Assembly (NCBI GenBank): GCA_964016885.1
Contig: OZ024740.1
Coordinates: forward strand, 344,286,001 to 344,350,000
DNA: 64,000 nucleotides
Direction: 5' to 3'
DNA from: Eledone cirrhosa
Lineage: Eukaryota
Within the stretch, counting starts at the first letter, position 1, and each line of letters opens with the position of its first letter. A model generated the notes under the pieces. It made no database searches, was not told where the DNA came from, and saw nothing but the letters and a program-made list of their open reading frames with translations. Shown here piece by piece: positions 27,915-43,353 of the stretch. A program made the translations under genes and the position numbers.

Positions 27915-28068
27915 ACCACAGTACTAGACTGCTACATTTTTATTGACCTTGAATATATGAAAGGCAAAGTTGACCTCAGCCGGATTTGGACTCAGAGAGT
28001 AGAGAGCCGCAACGAATACCACAAATCATACAATCCGATGTTCTATCGCCTCTGCTAACTCGCTGCCT
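27915..28068 (-). mobile_element. Older SINE A-related copy
   Basis: tgaaaggcaaagttgacctcagccggatttggactcaga..ctgctaactcgctgcct. Confidence 0.65.
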
Positions 28069-28607
28069 ATTGTATAATATATATTTCTCCCTACTACAAA
28101 TGAGTGGTATATCTGATTCATATATAACATATATGAACGACGTCGCTTAGCTTTTGTGTGAACATGGCATATTGACAATTTTGTTACTGTACGTACGTAT
28201 ATGCGCTGCGTTTCCCTACGTATGGTGTACGTATGTGAGTGCCAGTATATATATATATATATATATGTACATATATATGTGTGTGTGTGTGCGTGTGCGT
28301 GCGCGTGTGTGGAAGGTGTGTATGTGTGTGTGTGTAAGTATGTATGTGCTTGCGTGTGTGTATGTTTACGTGGCTATACGTATGTGCATAGTGGTATAAC
28401 GTTTAATTTGTGAGCACAGTCGACGTGTTAACTGCAGTAATTTAATGATATATGCGGGTAACTGTCCATGTAAGTGCAAAGAAAAAGTATTTCAACTGAG
28501 ACTCTCTCTGTAGGAAAACGTCAAAACCTGCAAGTATCTTGGTGAGCATATGCGTATACACGTATGGTAGGAGCTAAATGCAATTCATCATATATATATA
28601 TATATAT

Positions 28608-28667
<60 letters not shown>

Positions 28668-29431
28668 ATATATGCAGAAGCAGGCATGTCTGCCTCCATG
28701 TACTTATGTGTAAATAATTTTTATATGCCTGAATTTGCTATGACACGATCGAATAGAGTTGGCAAAGTCTTACTTCCGCCAACGGCACCGTTGTCCTTAG
28801 CGCAATGACACAGTACTTTCTCCACTAGAGTGAGGCATGATTATATATTTCCGGTTTCGTATCCTACCACTATGAAGGTGTCCACGCATATATTTCTACC
28901 GGCGATAATTAGTAGTGTATAAATGTTTCATCAGTTACCTTTCCCGCATCACAGACAACTCCGTAACATGGAACGTGCGACCACATAGTGACATTTGATG
29001 TTAGGCTCTATATATAACTAAGTAACTTTACATACACCATTGAAAGGAATAATTAGAATTTTAGTATGAACTATATCATAATAAATATATTTGTAAAAGT
29101 TTTACACACACAGAATCCATATTGAATGCAGAGATATTATGTTTATTTATAAAAAGACAGAAATAATTATTTTGTCGATGGAACTTTACCTGATGTTGCT
29201 TAGTACGGCAAAATTATACGTCTGAAATTCTGAAGTAATATATCACAATCAAAGACACTTGCTTATATATATATATACATATATATATGTGCGTATGTAT
29301 GTGTTTATATATATATATATATTTGTTTGCGTGTGGGTTGGTATGTGTGTAAGAACTAAACCAAAATAACAAATCAAACTACACAATACTTTGAAGAAAG
29401 ATATTAGTTTAACGCTCGATGTAGAAGCGTA

Positions 29432-29623
<192 letters not shown>

Positions 29624-29679
29624 CAAGGAACAAAACAAAAATAAGGAGTGCAGTATGGACAGTGTTGGTAGTAGGTACA

Positions 29680-29724
<45 letters not shown>

Positions 29725-30262
29725 ATGTGTGTGTTTGTGTGCGTGTGTGTGTATGTGTCTGTGTCAGTTTCTGTGTGTTTGTTGGTATATCGGTACAGCA
29801 GAATATCGACATATTTGAACATAATAGTGATTGGAAGAGTGGAAGTATCTTTCATTATTCTCGAATATTAATTGATATTTTTGAGCATCCAATAATGTTA
29901 TCAAATGAAGAGATGGGATTGTTTTGTCCAGAATAGTTAACTAAACACAGTCAATGCCTTTATCGTGAGAATTCCACACAAATGTTTTTGCAGGTAGCAT
30001 AACAGAACAAGTGAAGCAGAATATAATTTACACTTATGGAAAGAAATTCTTTATGAACGTCTATGGTGGAAATTGTAATCAAATAACAACCATGAGAGAT
30101 TCGTATAAGGTTGAGCATTATGTCCGTAAAATGAATTCACTAATATAGTTTCAATCACAAGTTCTCTCCTTTTAGAAAAGTGTATAGGCTTAGAAAGTTC
30201 ATCAATAATTTGCAGTTGAAAGGTTCTTGTAAATTAGTTATTATTCCTATTCATATATGTTC

Positions 30263-30313
<51 letters not shown>

Positions 30314-30321
30314 AATATAAG

Positions 30322-30403
<82 letters not shown>

Positions 30404-30614
30404 GACGAAACATAAGTCAATTGCATGAACTCATAATCCTTTATTTACTGATATATATATTTTGATGATAGCCATTGAGTGGATATGACCTCATCAGGCA
30501 GTTAGTCAGTTCTTAGATATGCCAGCTCTGTGTTTATGATGTTGATTTTATCAGAGCCTTGGGACATATGAGCTTGTTAGGAATAACTTAATGTTGTCAG
30601 CAACATTATATATA

Positions 30615-30996
30615 TATCAAAAGCATGTATTGAGTTAGAAACTCAAAATAGTCTCATTACAGTAAATTAGCTCTAGAAAATAAATTTTTCCGAGCCATAT
30701 ATAACTGATCAAAAAGGAAAAACGAACACAGACATATATATATATATGTGTGTTCAAATCGTAATGGACCAAAATCGCTAAGGTGAAAAAAAATACTAAC
30801 TACAGATCAAAGACCGTCTGGGTGATGGTAGTTACCACAATACTGGTTTGTTTTTATTTTTCTTAATTTATTCTTAAATTGAGTCTAGCAAACCCTATTG
30901 TCTGTAGTTAGTATTTTTTTCACCTTAGCGATTTTGGTCCATTAGGATTTGAAAACATATATATATATGTCTGTGTTCGTTTTTCCTTTTTGTTCA

Positions 30997-31000
<4 letters not shown>
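30615..31000. mobile_element. Fold-back copy of the 22.7-23.5 kb HHR element, without the ribozyme core
   Basis: Homologous to 22692-22875 and 23361-23541; inverted arms about 30700-30806 / 30901-31000; the forward arm starts at gtc^tgggtga (30816). Confidence 0.8.
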
Positions 31001-31070
<70 letters not shown>

Positions 31071-31468
31071 TGTGTGTGTGTGTGTTATTATGTGAGCAAC
31101 ATGGGGTTACAAGCGGCGACACAGGTCGAATCACCTGATGCTGTTAAGGGGTCCTTCTCTCGTTGGGTATCCAAGCTGACCGATAACGAAACAAGTGTAA
31201 TATGCAATAAAGTTTCATAACAAGCTGCAAATCTGACTTCTTATCTCCTCTCTCTCTCGTTCTCTCTATATATCTCACACACACGCAATCTCTTTCTATC
31301 ACACTCCCATCTTTCTCCCCCTCTCTCTTTCTCTCTCTTTCTATATCTACATGTATATATATATATCTATATATATATATGAGTGTGTGTGTATGTGTGC
31401 AATCAGTGTGTGTGTTTGTGTTTCATGTGTGTGTGTGTGTGTGTGTATGTGTGTGTGTGTGGGTGTGT

Positions 31469-31532
<64 letters not shown>

Positions 31533-32731
31533 GCGTGTGTGTGTGTGTGTGTGCAACGGGTCTCAGTAAATTTCAATCTCCCCACTTACACTTACAAGGT
31601 ATTGGCCATTCCGACGCTGTACTAAATAACATAGTTCCCTGAAGCCGAATCCACGTACTTGTGTAGTGAACTCTTTAATCACAATATAATGAATGCAGCT
31701 TTTATGCATTCTGCACATATACCTACGTGCATATGTATATACAGAGTCAAGGAGTGAGAGATGGTGGGATTTATATGTTACGTAATGTATTCACTGAGAA
31801 TCCAGAACATGTTTGATGATTTATATCAGTTGCAGCCTTTATTTGTTTAAGACATGAAACGCGAAGACCCTCAATCGTATACCAGATTGACTGGAGGGCC
31901 ACGATTTAGTTCTTTTGCTATAATTTATGAATGGTGTCATGTTTATAAAAGGAACAAAATTACAAAATATTGCGTCTGTCTGTTTGTCTGAAGACATCCC
32001 TAATTTAGCAGACAAATAATCAGAGGCATTCACTCCGTGTTCATCTCATATTTCTAGGACTGCATTATTTTGTGTAGACTTACTTTTTAAGATAGTAGCA
32101 TATAATTTTAGGGAGAGTTGTGCTATAAGTGGCATAACCTTGGCTTCCCTAGAAACTAATTGATCTTATGTTGAGTGTGTGGGAGAATCCCTTAATACAG
32201 TGGTTCCGCATTTTATTAAAAACAAATTCATAACTATAATTATACTGAAATTAAGTGAAAATATTATCAATTAGATTTAGCAATTAAGTATTTTCCAACA
32301 AACGAAACTGTTTGCGACAGGATGTGGTAAAATCTGGAAATGGAAATGAAATTGGAATTTATAAGACATAAATGATAATCAGAAATCCGTTTAAAGTTTG
32401 ACATAAACGGATATCTCTAGCATAACAAATCTTTCACATATTGGGTAATTAGTGGTTTCCTTAAAAACGAAGACGAAATTGGCTGGAAATTGTTAGAATC
32501 ATAGAAAAAAGAAAAAAACATTTTTCGTGTCTACTACGTAGATTCTGCTATTCAACATAGCCAGAACAATAAAATAATTACTAACTTGTAAGTATTGGTG
32601 TCGATATATTGGTCCAATAACCGGACATTCTATATGAAAGATGCAACTATGAAGATACCTATGTGTAAACACATGTATGCATGTATCTATGTATATATAT
32701 GTATGTATGAATGAGTATGTATATACATATG

Positions 32732-32827
<96 letters not shown>

Positions 32828-32861
32828 TATATGTATGTATATATGCATACATGTATACATG

Positions 32862-32973
<112 letters not shown>

Positions 32974-32989
32974 AATATCTATATATCTA

Positions 32990-33054
<65 letters not shown>

Positions 33055-33272
33055 TCTTTATTATTCTATATTATAGCCAAGGGACGTTAAAATTGACGGA
33101 TAATGTATTCTAGACAATCGATGTATCTGTAGTAGATAATTGCCATCTCACAATCTCCTAAATATATAAGGATGAGTATAATGAATAATGTCTCAGATAT
33201 ACTAACTAAATAGTAAAGTAAAAAGAGTAAAAAGAAAGTAAAAAGGAAACGAACGGGACGAATTTAAATAAT

Positions 33273-33461
33273 TGTTTCTACTTTTGGCACAAGGCCATAA
33301 ATTACCCAGTGCATTACTGGTACTTTATTTTATCGACCCCGTAAGGATGAAAGGTAAAGTTAACCTCGGCGGGATTTGAACTCAGATCATAAAGGGAGGT
33401 AACTCTATGCTACAAAGCATGGTGTCCGACCCTCTACCAATACTGCAAATCCACCGCCTTT
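33273..33461 (-). mobile_element. SINE A, full length
   Basis: Consensus match; 15-bp TSD acgaatttaaataat. Confidence 0.92.
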
Positions 33462-34018
33462 ACGAATTTAAATAATGCATTTATTTGTCACCTTTATTTT
33501 GACTTATATGAAGCTAAACAACAAAATATAATAACTATCAATGGCTTCATCCTACTAAAAAACCAATATCATTATCATCAATAATTTGATCGACAACATC
33601 ACCATCAACATCACTCTCACCATCAACACCAATAAAACCACTGCTACTAATGCAGTTTCCATGTACTAGTTTTAGCACCATCACCAACAATGGCCCTACA
33701 TTAATATCATTGATTATTATTATATCCACAGGTATTACAATCAACATTATCCTAAGCTCCAGCAACACCATAACAATCGAAGCCACATTTACCATGATAT
33801 CTGCCACAATCCCTACCACGACCACTAATACAAGCAAAACATCTACCAGCAAAAAAAAAAAAAAAAATAGAAAAAAGTTAGACAATAAACTTAACAAAGT
33901 AAAATAAAATAACACAGTAAATATATATATATAGTATATATGTATATATATGTATATGTATGTATATATATATGTATATACATATATATGAGAGAGAAAG
34001 AGTGAGAGATACATGCAT

Positions 34019-34051
<33 letters not shown>

Positions 34052-34103
34052 CATGTGTATGTATCTCTCCCTTTTTCTCTCTCTTTCTATCTCTCTCTCT
34101 CGT

Positions 34104-34160
<57 letters not shown>

Positions 34161-35214
34161 GTATGTGTGTGTTTATCTGTATGTATATGTGAGAATGATG
34201 TGTGTGGTTAATGTTTCTTGTTGCATTCTATCATATATTGGTTATTTATATATATTTGTATTTATATTTTTGTCATTTGTGACATCGTTCTAAACCAAAT
34301 GGGAGCAATAAACTTACCGTAGTTGGAACACGGATGACCGCACACAGTTAGTGTCGGCCCTTGGCTCCTCTACACTTCCTAAACCGCCTCCAATCCACCG
34401 CCCTCCCCCCTCCCCACCCAAATCGCCAACACTGATTTTCTTTCCGTTTCCTCATAACATACAATCAGACATATATATTGTCACTCGTAATAAAACACCC
34501 ACGCAAGCACCTCAACAAGCGTATACAGTGATAGTACTCGCACATGTGCATACACACACTTATACAAACATAAAGACAACTAGCGCATACAATCAAAAAG
34601 GCAAGGAGATACGCATAAATACCCATGAAGCCATATATAACACACTCACATGTACACGTCCTTCACTCGCAAAAATAGACAGACACAGTCAAAGGCGACT
34701 CTTAAAATGATGCAAACGCACAGAAAATTTACATACACACACACCTACACATGTCCATCCATCTACCTCCCTATCCAACCATACACATGTGTTTCCACAT
34801 ACACACACATAGATAGCGACATCCATTCAACTAGCCAGGCATATATTCCTACAATCATATACTCATACATATATCTGCACACACACACACACACACACAT
34901 ACACACATACCCATATATTATCATACATACAACCCAAACCAACATACGCACACACAAGGGCTCATCAGGGGTTTATCTATACATACATATCAAGAAAATA
35001 GAGCACAAGCATTTAAAAATAACATTCGCACTAAGCACGTATATATTCATGATTTACCCGTACACACATATTCATACCCTGAAAGACTGAGTTACATATA
35101 TAGATAAACTAAGAATACACGAACCCACACACCCAGAATACACGGACACCGACATACACACAAACATGCTCACATCACACATACACACACTTGTTTTGGT
35201 GGTATTATTAAAAA

Positions 35215-35392
35215 TGGATTGGCAGTATCCGTAGAGAGTCGGACGCCATGCTTTCCAGCATAGTTACGTCCCTTTACGGTCTGAGTTCAAATCCCGTCGA
35301 GGTTAACTTTGCCTTTCATCCTTACGGGTCGATAAAATAAAGTACCAGTAATGTACTGGGTAATTGCTGGCCTTGTGCCAAAAGTAGAAACA
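35215..35392 (+). mobile_element. SINE A
   Basis: Consensus match; TSD attattaaaaat. Confidence 0.9.
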
Positions 35393-36039
35393 ATTATTAA
35401 AAATAACCACAGCCATTTATTGATGTGGTACATAAAACTGGTAGGAGAGTCAAATGTATTATACATCTTGGATTGGCTGGGACTCCGAGTTCGCTTTATG
35501 TGGCTAATTCTTTTAGTCTGGATGAATTTACCCTTATTCATATATAGATAGATGTGTACGTGTGTGTTTATGCTTGTGAGCTCACTTGATATGTTTTGTC
35601 CAGCTATCGATTATGAGTACCATTTGCACTCCTTTCCATTTTGTTTAGGATGCAGTTTCTTGCTGTCCTAGACTCACTCTGCCGAAAATATACACATGTA
35701 ATGAAAGTCGTCTTAAACACGGCTGGCACTTAACAGAGGCCTCAGCCATGTGGGCTATCAAAAGATCGTGATACTACTCGCCAACACTATACTTACTGTA
35801 GTATGTAGTTGCCAGGGACGGTGTTTGATGCTCCATCTACTGCAACCAATGGCCGTCCTCGATTTGTGGGTTCAATAATGTCAAGCATAAATTTGCATTG
35901 GTAAAATCAATTGGACTTAGAAAGTAACACATTTTGTTTTATATTAACAAGGCTTGTGCACACAATGTCATTAAATGGTTAAACTATTAAAGAAGAAGCG
36001 AATGAGAAATTCACCACAGTTTTTATGTAAGCGTATCAT

Positions 36040-36190
36040 ACTTTCAGGAGTCTTTAGAACGTCGGATAGAATGTTTTATGGTATTCATTCGGTCTCTCTG
36101 CTCTCTGAGTTCAAATCCCGTCGCGGTCAACTTTTCCTTTCATTCTTTCGAGGTCGATCGATAAAAAAAGTACCAGTCTAGTAATGGGTC
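36040..36190 (+). mobile_element. Older SINE A-related copy
   Basis: ctgagttcaaatcccgtcgcggtcaacttttcctttcatt..gtaccagt. Confidence 0.6.
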
Positions 36191-36389
36191 GATTCTTCCT
36201 CTAGATCTCTTTCGCATTTCCTCTCTCTCACATGGTATCTTTATCTGGAAAACATCTGCTGTACTCGGGCCTGGAGAGAGATAGGCTCCGCCAGATGTAA
36301 ATGCTCAGGAAATGCTGTATGTCAATACGGCGTCCCTACGACTATATCCGGTGCTACGGTACCATACATACATAATTATTTCATGTGCA

Positions 36390-36576
36390 AGGGTGGTTGA
36401 TTGGCAGTATCGGTAGAGGGTCGGACGCCATGTTTAGCAGCACAGAGTTACGTCCCTTTACGGACTGTGTTCAAATCCCGCCGCGGTTAACTTTGCCTTT
36501 CATCCTTACGAGCTCGATAAAATAAAGTACCAGTAATGTACTGGATAATTGCTGGCCTTGTGCCAAAAGTAGAAAC
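36390..36576 (+). mobile_element. SINE A, full length
   Basis: Consensus match; 16-bp TSD aattatttcatgtgca. Confidence 0.92.
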
Positions 36577-37684
36577 AATTATTTCATGTGCATATATAAA
36601 CACATAGGAATATAGACTTGCTGCATTTTATTGTGAGTTCAAATCCCACTGTACCAGCCTATATACAGACGTATGGAGATATGGTGCGATACATGCTTTT
36701 TAACATGTTCAGGGCAGATGATATGTGATGGTTATGACAGTTTGACGATTATCTTTTTTATCGGTTCGGGGTGGATAAAAGCGAGATTTTCGTAAAAAAT
36801 GTAAATAAAAACTGTTTCTCGCAACCTATGCTATCAGTAAAGGATTTTTCAAGAAGACACAATGCTCTGGACCTCAGCTGGTGCCCTCACATTCTCAACA
36901 TAGCATAACACAGATTAGTTCAAGGCCAACAAATTTTTCAGTTCCCCAAAATTTCTATATCAATAAAGATTTCAAGTCAGACCATAAATTAGTATCTTTA
37001 CTACATATGGGGCGGGTTATTGCTAAAATTACTAGCATTCTAGATAACAACGGAGAAAATTTCACTTGATTAATTTACATGAAGTAGTCCGTAATCTACC
37101 CCAGCCCATTCCTGAAAACCATTGTTGCTCCTAATTTTCGACTGCTATTAGGGTGGTTTATTTTCTTTGATGCCGAATGGTATTCAGATTAACCACTCTC
37201 ACCATTTCAATGTAATATTCACTATCAATTAATCCGTTTGAGCAGATGTATATACTATTGCATAGGCATTACAAGACTGGTTAAGTAGCTCTATGCTCTT
37301 AATTTGAAAGCCATAGTAAAACGCAAACCATCAAGAACATAGGAAAGATGTTGCAGATGAAAAGACACCGAGAAATTATCATTGATAATATAGATAAGCT
37401 CTGAAGTTTGTCACTCAGCTCTTCTAGGGAAAGCAAGCCACTGCCTCGCAAGTAAATTATTGCCCTACTCTGCTCCGCACGACATGAAGCAAGCATTGCC
37501 AAAATGACAACATAGATGACTATACGTGTGTATCTGATGTGGTGGGATTAACTTATATCCTCTGGTGGGTATCTTTCATGGAGAAATGAAAATCTTTGGT
37601 GAAGCTGCAAGTAATAACGTTGTTACTTGGAGACTATATAAATCACTTTGCTTCTGAATCCTCGTTTCATATAATTTATATTAC

Positions 37685-37715
<31 letters not shown>

Positions 37716-38096
37716 CATGAAGCAAAGAGATTACATATGTATCTCACCATCACATTTATTCATCATAGTACTGCCATAAATTCATTTGGGCCGTCATTAG
37801 ATTATTCCGATACATAAACAGAAAGAGGAAACAGATTCAACACAAGAGCGGATTCCTCCTCACAAATACTTGATACACAAGAGCCAGTAAAATATACATT
37901 CCACTCATATACTATATTATATGAAGCAAATACACTCCAGTTATACAACACCTCACTATATTATTAAAATCTTATAAAACACAACGCATCGAGCATTACA
38001 CCAAACCACAAACTAACAGCTAAAATATATTAAAAAATATTATAAACTTTATCACATGAAACCAAGAACTGCTAACCCGGGAAATAGCTCTCGGAC

Positions 38097-38215
38097 TAGG
38101 GATGCACGGATTAATCTGCAGATAACCGATGATAATCATATCGACAATTTTGCCGGTTAATCGGTTTCAACCGATAACCCAAGGCCGATTAACCAGTAAT
38201 TGGTAATCGGCCAAT
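38097..38215. mobile_element. hAT (Ac-like) transposon end
   Basis: TAGGGATGCAC terminus followed by clustered aaccga/tcggtt subterminal motifs; partner end not found. Confidence 0.55.
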
Positions 38216-38528
38216 TTCTTTATCTATGTATCCTTTTGTCAAACAACAATTATAATAGACATATTTCAACATTTTTAATGAGTTTACATGAAATACGTTA
38301 TTTCTGGTCATTTGACACTGCATGTAAAATGGAGATTAATTGTAACACATAACAGTATCACGGAACAAATCTGAATACAAGGATATTAGTTGATAATATT
38401 ACGGTCATATACAAATTACTAAAAGCCGCAGATTACTCTTAGAAACATATATATTAAACACACAATTAAAACGTATGGAATGAACTATGAAAATAACATG
38501 TACTTAGCAGTTAAACGATGTTAATGCG

Positions 38529-39643
<1,115 letters not shown>

Positions 39644-39901
39644 CATATACATCTAATATGAAGAGTTGTGTACAACTGCGTGGAGATGCGATAAGGTAGT
39701 TCATAGAATAAAATGAAGACATTTAAAGACGGAAAAAGAGGTTGCCCTCAGCCGCCAGGAGGAACCGAACTCCCGTATCTCCCATCGTCTTAGGCGTTCA
39801 GGATTTTCACGCAATTTATCCCCCTAGTGTTTCTGAACTGTCCGATAAATCGGCTACGTAAAAGTTTGTCTGTCTGTCTGTCTCTTCCCCATCTCTCCAT
39901 A

Positions 39902-40132
39902 TATATAAGTATGTACACGTACATACATATATGTATACAGACGTACAGTAGTATGTTTATATATATACATACATACACACATATATATATGTACGTATGG
40001 ATTACCGAGCATTATAATAAATGTTCGGTGAATCCATACGTACATATATATATGTGTGTATGTATGTATATATATATACATACTACTGTACGTCTGTATA
40101 CATATATGTATGTACGTGTACATACTTATATT
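39902..40132. repeat. Near-perfect inverted repeat, about 108-bp arms
   Basis: tataagtatgtacacg..ggattaccgagcatt / aatgttcggtgaatcc..cgtgtacatacttata with a short central loop. Confidence 0.92.
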
Positions 40133-40138
40133 ATATAT

Positions 40139-40353
40139 AGGCGTGTGGCTGAGTGGTTAGAGAATTGGATTCACAATCTTGAGGTAGTGAGTTCGATTCC
40201 TGGACCGGGCGATGCGTTATGTCCTTGAGCAAGACCCTTTATTTCACGTTGCTCCTTCTACCTGGAGTTGCGACCGATAGATAGTACTAGCAACTGGAAA
40301 GACTAACGGAAACATTGTTTCCTCGGTCCGATTCGACGAATGTCGATCGATCC
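40139..40353 (+). mobile_element. tRNA-derived SINE (family B)
   Basis: A-box TGGCTGAGTGG, B-box GAGTTCGATTCC, then gtccttgagcaagac; body matches 13485-13700 inverted. Confidence 0.8.
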
Positions 40354-40369
40354 AAAAAAAAATATATAT

Positions 40370-40687
40370 ATACAGAAATAACAACACAATCAGTACAGTA
40401 TATGGAAGGTATATATTAGTTTCGGGCGCTAGTCCTTCATCAGAAGAAAGAATGAGATATAAAATAGATTAAGGGGAAGGGCGGGATGGAATTATTATCT
40501 AAATGTCTTTAGATAAATATAATAGGTCCATTCATGTTGACATCTCTTGCAAAACTGTTCGTGCTGGCGTTTTGTGTATGATTTGTTTTTTGGAAAAGTG
40601 GATGATGGCGCGCGTCTACCTGAAATGGGAAAAAAACCGTTTTGTAAAAAGAGCTATACTTGAGCACGTGCGTAAGCATGAGTGTGC

Positions 40688-40718
<31 letters not shown>

Positions 40719-42432
40719 TGTGTGTGTGTGTGTTGAGTGTGTGTGTGTGTGTGTATGTGTGTGTGTGTGTGTTATTATAGGTCCGTACGAAGCTAACAAA
40801 AGATATGTGTGTATATGTGAGTAAAAGAGTGTGTGTGCATGAAATTACGAAGCTATGAGCAAAGAGAAAGCGATAGGAAACTAGGGGTGTGATAATGGAC
40901 GGGGTATTGGAGAAATTGGGGAGGTGAGTTGAGTCCAAGAGGGGAATAGGACCCAAGACGGTGAATCAGACTTTGTTCTGTCCTGGTGCGCGAGGCCTGT
41001 GATCCATGATGTAAAAGGACACCCAGGACTGAAACATGTAGGGAAGAATGACCAGGAGATCAGAAATGACGGGCGACAGGAGTATCCAAACCGAGTCGTA
41101 TGTCCCTCAAATGTTCGGCAAACCGGTCCGCCATACGGCGTCCCGTTTGTCCGCTATATAAAGACCCGCAAAGGGAAAACCGGAGGGCATAGACAACGTG
41201 GGTGGATGTGCAGGTGAAGGAATGGTGGATACGGAAAGACCCGTAAGAGTGGTGAGGGCGGAAATAAAGGGAGAAGTGTTGCAGCGGTAACGGGAACAAA
41301 GACGAGAGCCGGGTGGAGTCGTGGGAGAGGACGAAAGAGAACTACGAACCCGGAGGTCGTGGAGGTTTCGGGCGCGCTTAAAAGCAGTAATGGGTTGGTT
41401 TGGAAAAAAGCGAGAAGTGACGGTGTCAGAAGAGAGGATACAGAAGGAACGGAGGATATGTCGCCGGAGTGGTAGGGTACTGGGGTGGTAGGTGAGATGG
41501 AAAGGAACACGGGTGTTGGGAGGGCGGGGTGAGGTGAGAGGGCTGTGGTGCGGTCTGTTTCACTAGCGCGGGTGAGAGCAGCTTGGATCAAGGTAGGGGA
41601 ATATCCACGCTGGATGAAGCATTAAGCCATGCGAAGTGAATGGGTTTCGAAATCGTCGTCCTGCCTACAGAGTCGACGAAGACGGAGGAATTGGGAATTG
41701 GCTGTGGAGTGTTTGGTGTGGGATGGATGGGAGGAGGTGAAGTCGAGATAAGATTGGGAGTCTGTTGGTTTAATAAAGATGGAAGTAGAGACGGTGTGGT
41801 GAGAGTGATTAATAGATAGAGAGTTATCTAGAAAAGCGACAAGAATCAGAGACCGAGGCGGTGAAATTGAGAGCAGGATGGAAAGATTGGACAAAAGAAA
41901 GAAAACAGTCGAGCTGTTCTCGTGATAGAGAGGTGGCGCCGATACAGTCGTCGATATAAAGGCCGTATAGCTCAGGAGTCAGTCCAGCGTACTGGGAGAA
42001 GATCTGGGCTTCGACTCGCCAACAAACAAGTTGGCATAGTTTGGACCCATTCTGGTTCCCATCGCTACCCCAGAGACCTGCTGGTAAAATTCACCCGAAA
42101 AACAAAATCCATTAAGGGTGAGAACAAGCTCAGCCAGACGGAGAAGAGTGGTAGTGGTGGGGTAAGCGGTAGGGCATAAATCTAAAAAATGCTGGTGAGC
42201 GCGGAGGCCGTCATGATGAGGGATGACGCTATAGAGAGAAGTGATGTCCAGGGCAAAGGGAAGGCGGGAGATACCAGGAGGGAAGGAGAAAGAGTTGACA
42301 AGTCTAAGGGCATGATTTGTATCGTGGATGTATGAGGGGAGATTGCCGACCAACGGAGCGAGGATGGTATCTAAATATTCAGAAATTATCTCTGTGGGCA
42401 GTTGCACTGAGAAACGATAGGACGGCCAGGAT
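40370..42432 (-). mobile_element. Penelope-like element, 5'-truncated, with 3'UTR/pLTR
   Basis: RT and GIY-YIG remnants plus a partial HHR (CTGATGAAGG..CCCGAAAC, 40418-40446, minus) near the 3' end; 5' end lies next to (TA)n. Confidence 0.92.
40930..42425 (-). pseudogene. Disrupted Penelope ORF (RT + GIY-YIG endonuclease)
   Basis: LPSYIHDT, ALDITSLY, GVAMGTRMGPNYANLF, YIDD (about 41950), FLD, KPTD..YLDFTSSHP, FTCTS..VVY..CGSLYSGQT.R..RF.EH, VARHF, PLGLN; frameshifts and stops. Confidence 0.92.
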
Positions 42433-42441
42433 TATTTTGTT

Positions 42442-42536
<95 letters not shown>

Positions 42537-42584
42537 ATATTTGGGGAGAGTCATATTGTTATAATATTTTCAGAAATAATAATG

Positions 42585-42675
42585 ATTAAATCGACCCCAG
42601 TACAATACTGGTGCTTTATTTTATCGACCCCGTAAGGATGAAAGGCAAAGTTAACCTCGGCGGGATTTGACCTCA
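42585..42675 (-). mobile_element. SINE A fragment
   Basis: ttatcgaccccgtaaggatgaaaggcaaagttaacctcggcgggatttga. Confidence 0.85.
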
Positions 42676-43312
42676 ATAAAATACACTCACTGTTCGGTTT
42701 GGTTTAGTTTTAGCTTCTGTATATTTTATATGCCTGTAGTTAATATACGTGTATATAATACACGTATATATATATATACATATATATATATTGTCTATAG
42801 TTTCATCACACGCCTGTGACATCATCGGTGGTACTGTTATGTTTCACCCCGTTATATTGTATTGTCTACGCTATTTTTTTTATATGTTTATATATATATA
42901 TAAATCAGGATGGATTCAGTTTGAAATTGGTTAGACCATTATTGAACTGAGTACTCGACACTTGGTGTTGTAGAGTATGGTTATATTATAATGAGTCGGT
43001 ACCCCCCGGCCGTACCCTGCCGCACCAACAGCCAGTTCGAGAGTCATATATATAGACTAGCACAATTTCATTCACCATGGATGACCTAGTGCTTTTAAAT
43101 GATTGAAACGGTTATATTCCTCTATATTTGAAATACAGATGTACTTTCCCTGGTAAAGTAGTGTGTACCTTATTTAACAGTGGTTCCTTTTCGTTCCCTT
43201 TCGGAACACCATTTTGTAATACACACACGTAACCCACCCACCCCATATTACATATATACCTACATACAGATATATGTATATATACACACACACGCATACA
43301 CACACACGTGTG

Positions 43313-43353
<41 letters not shown>

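Noticed and set aside
30400-30505. GACGAAAC..GTC on plus and CTGATGAGGTC on minus
   Set aside because: The two halves are on opposite strands and neither forms a complete ribozyme.
31131-31205. CTGATGC-t-GTTA..TAAC-GAAA-CAAGTG-TA
   Set aside because: Core A9 is altered and helix I does not pair; possibly an old HHR but unsupported.
40139-40210. tRNA gene candidate
   Set aside because: A and B boxes run into a SINE body repeated at 13340-13700; no proper cloverleaf or acceptor stem.
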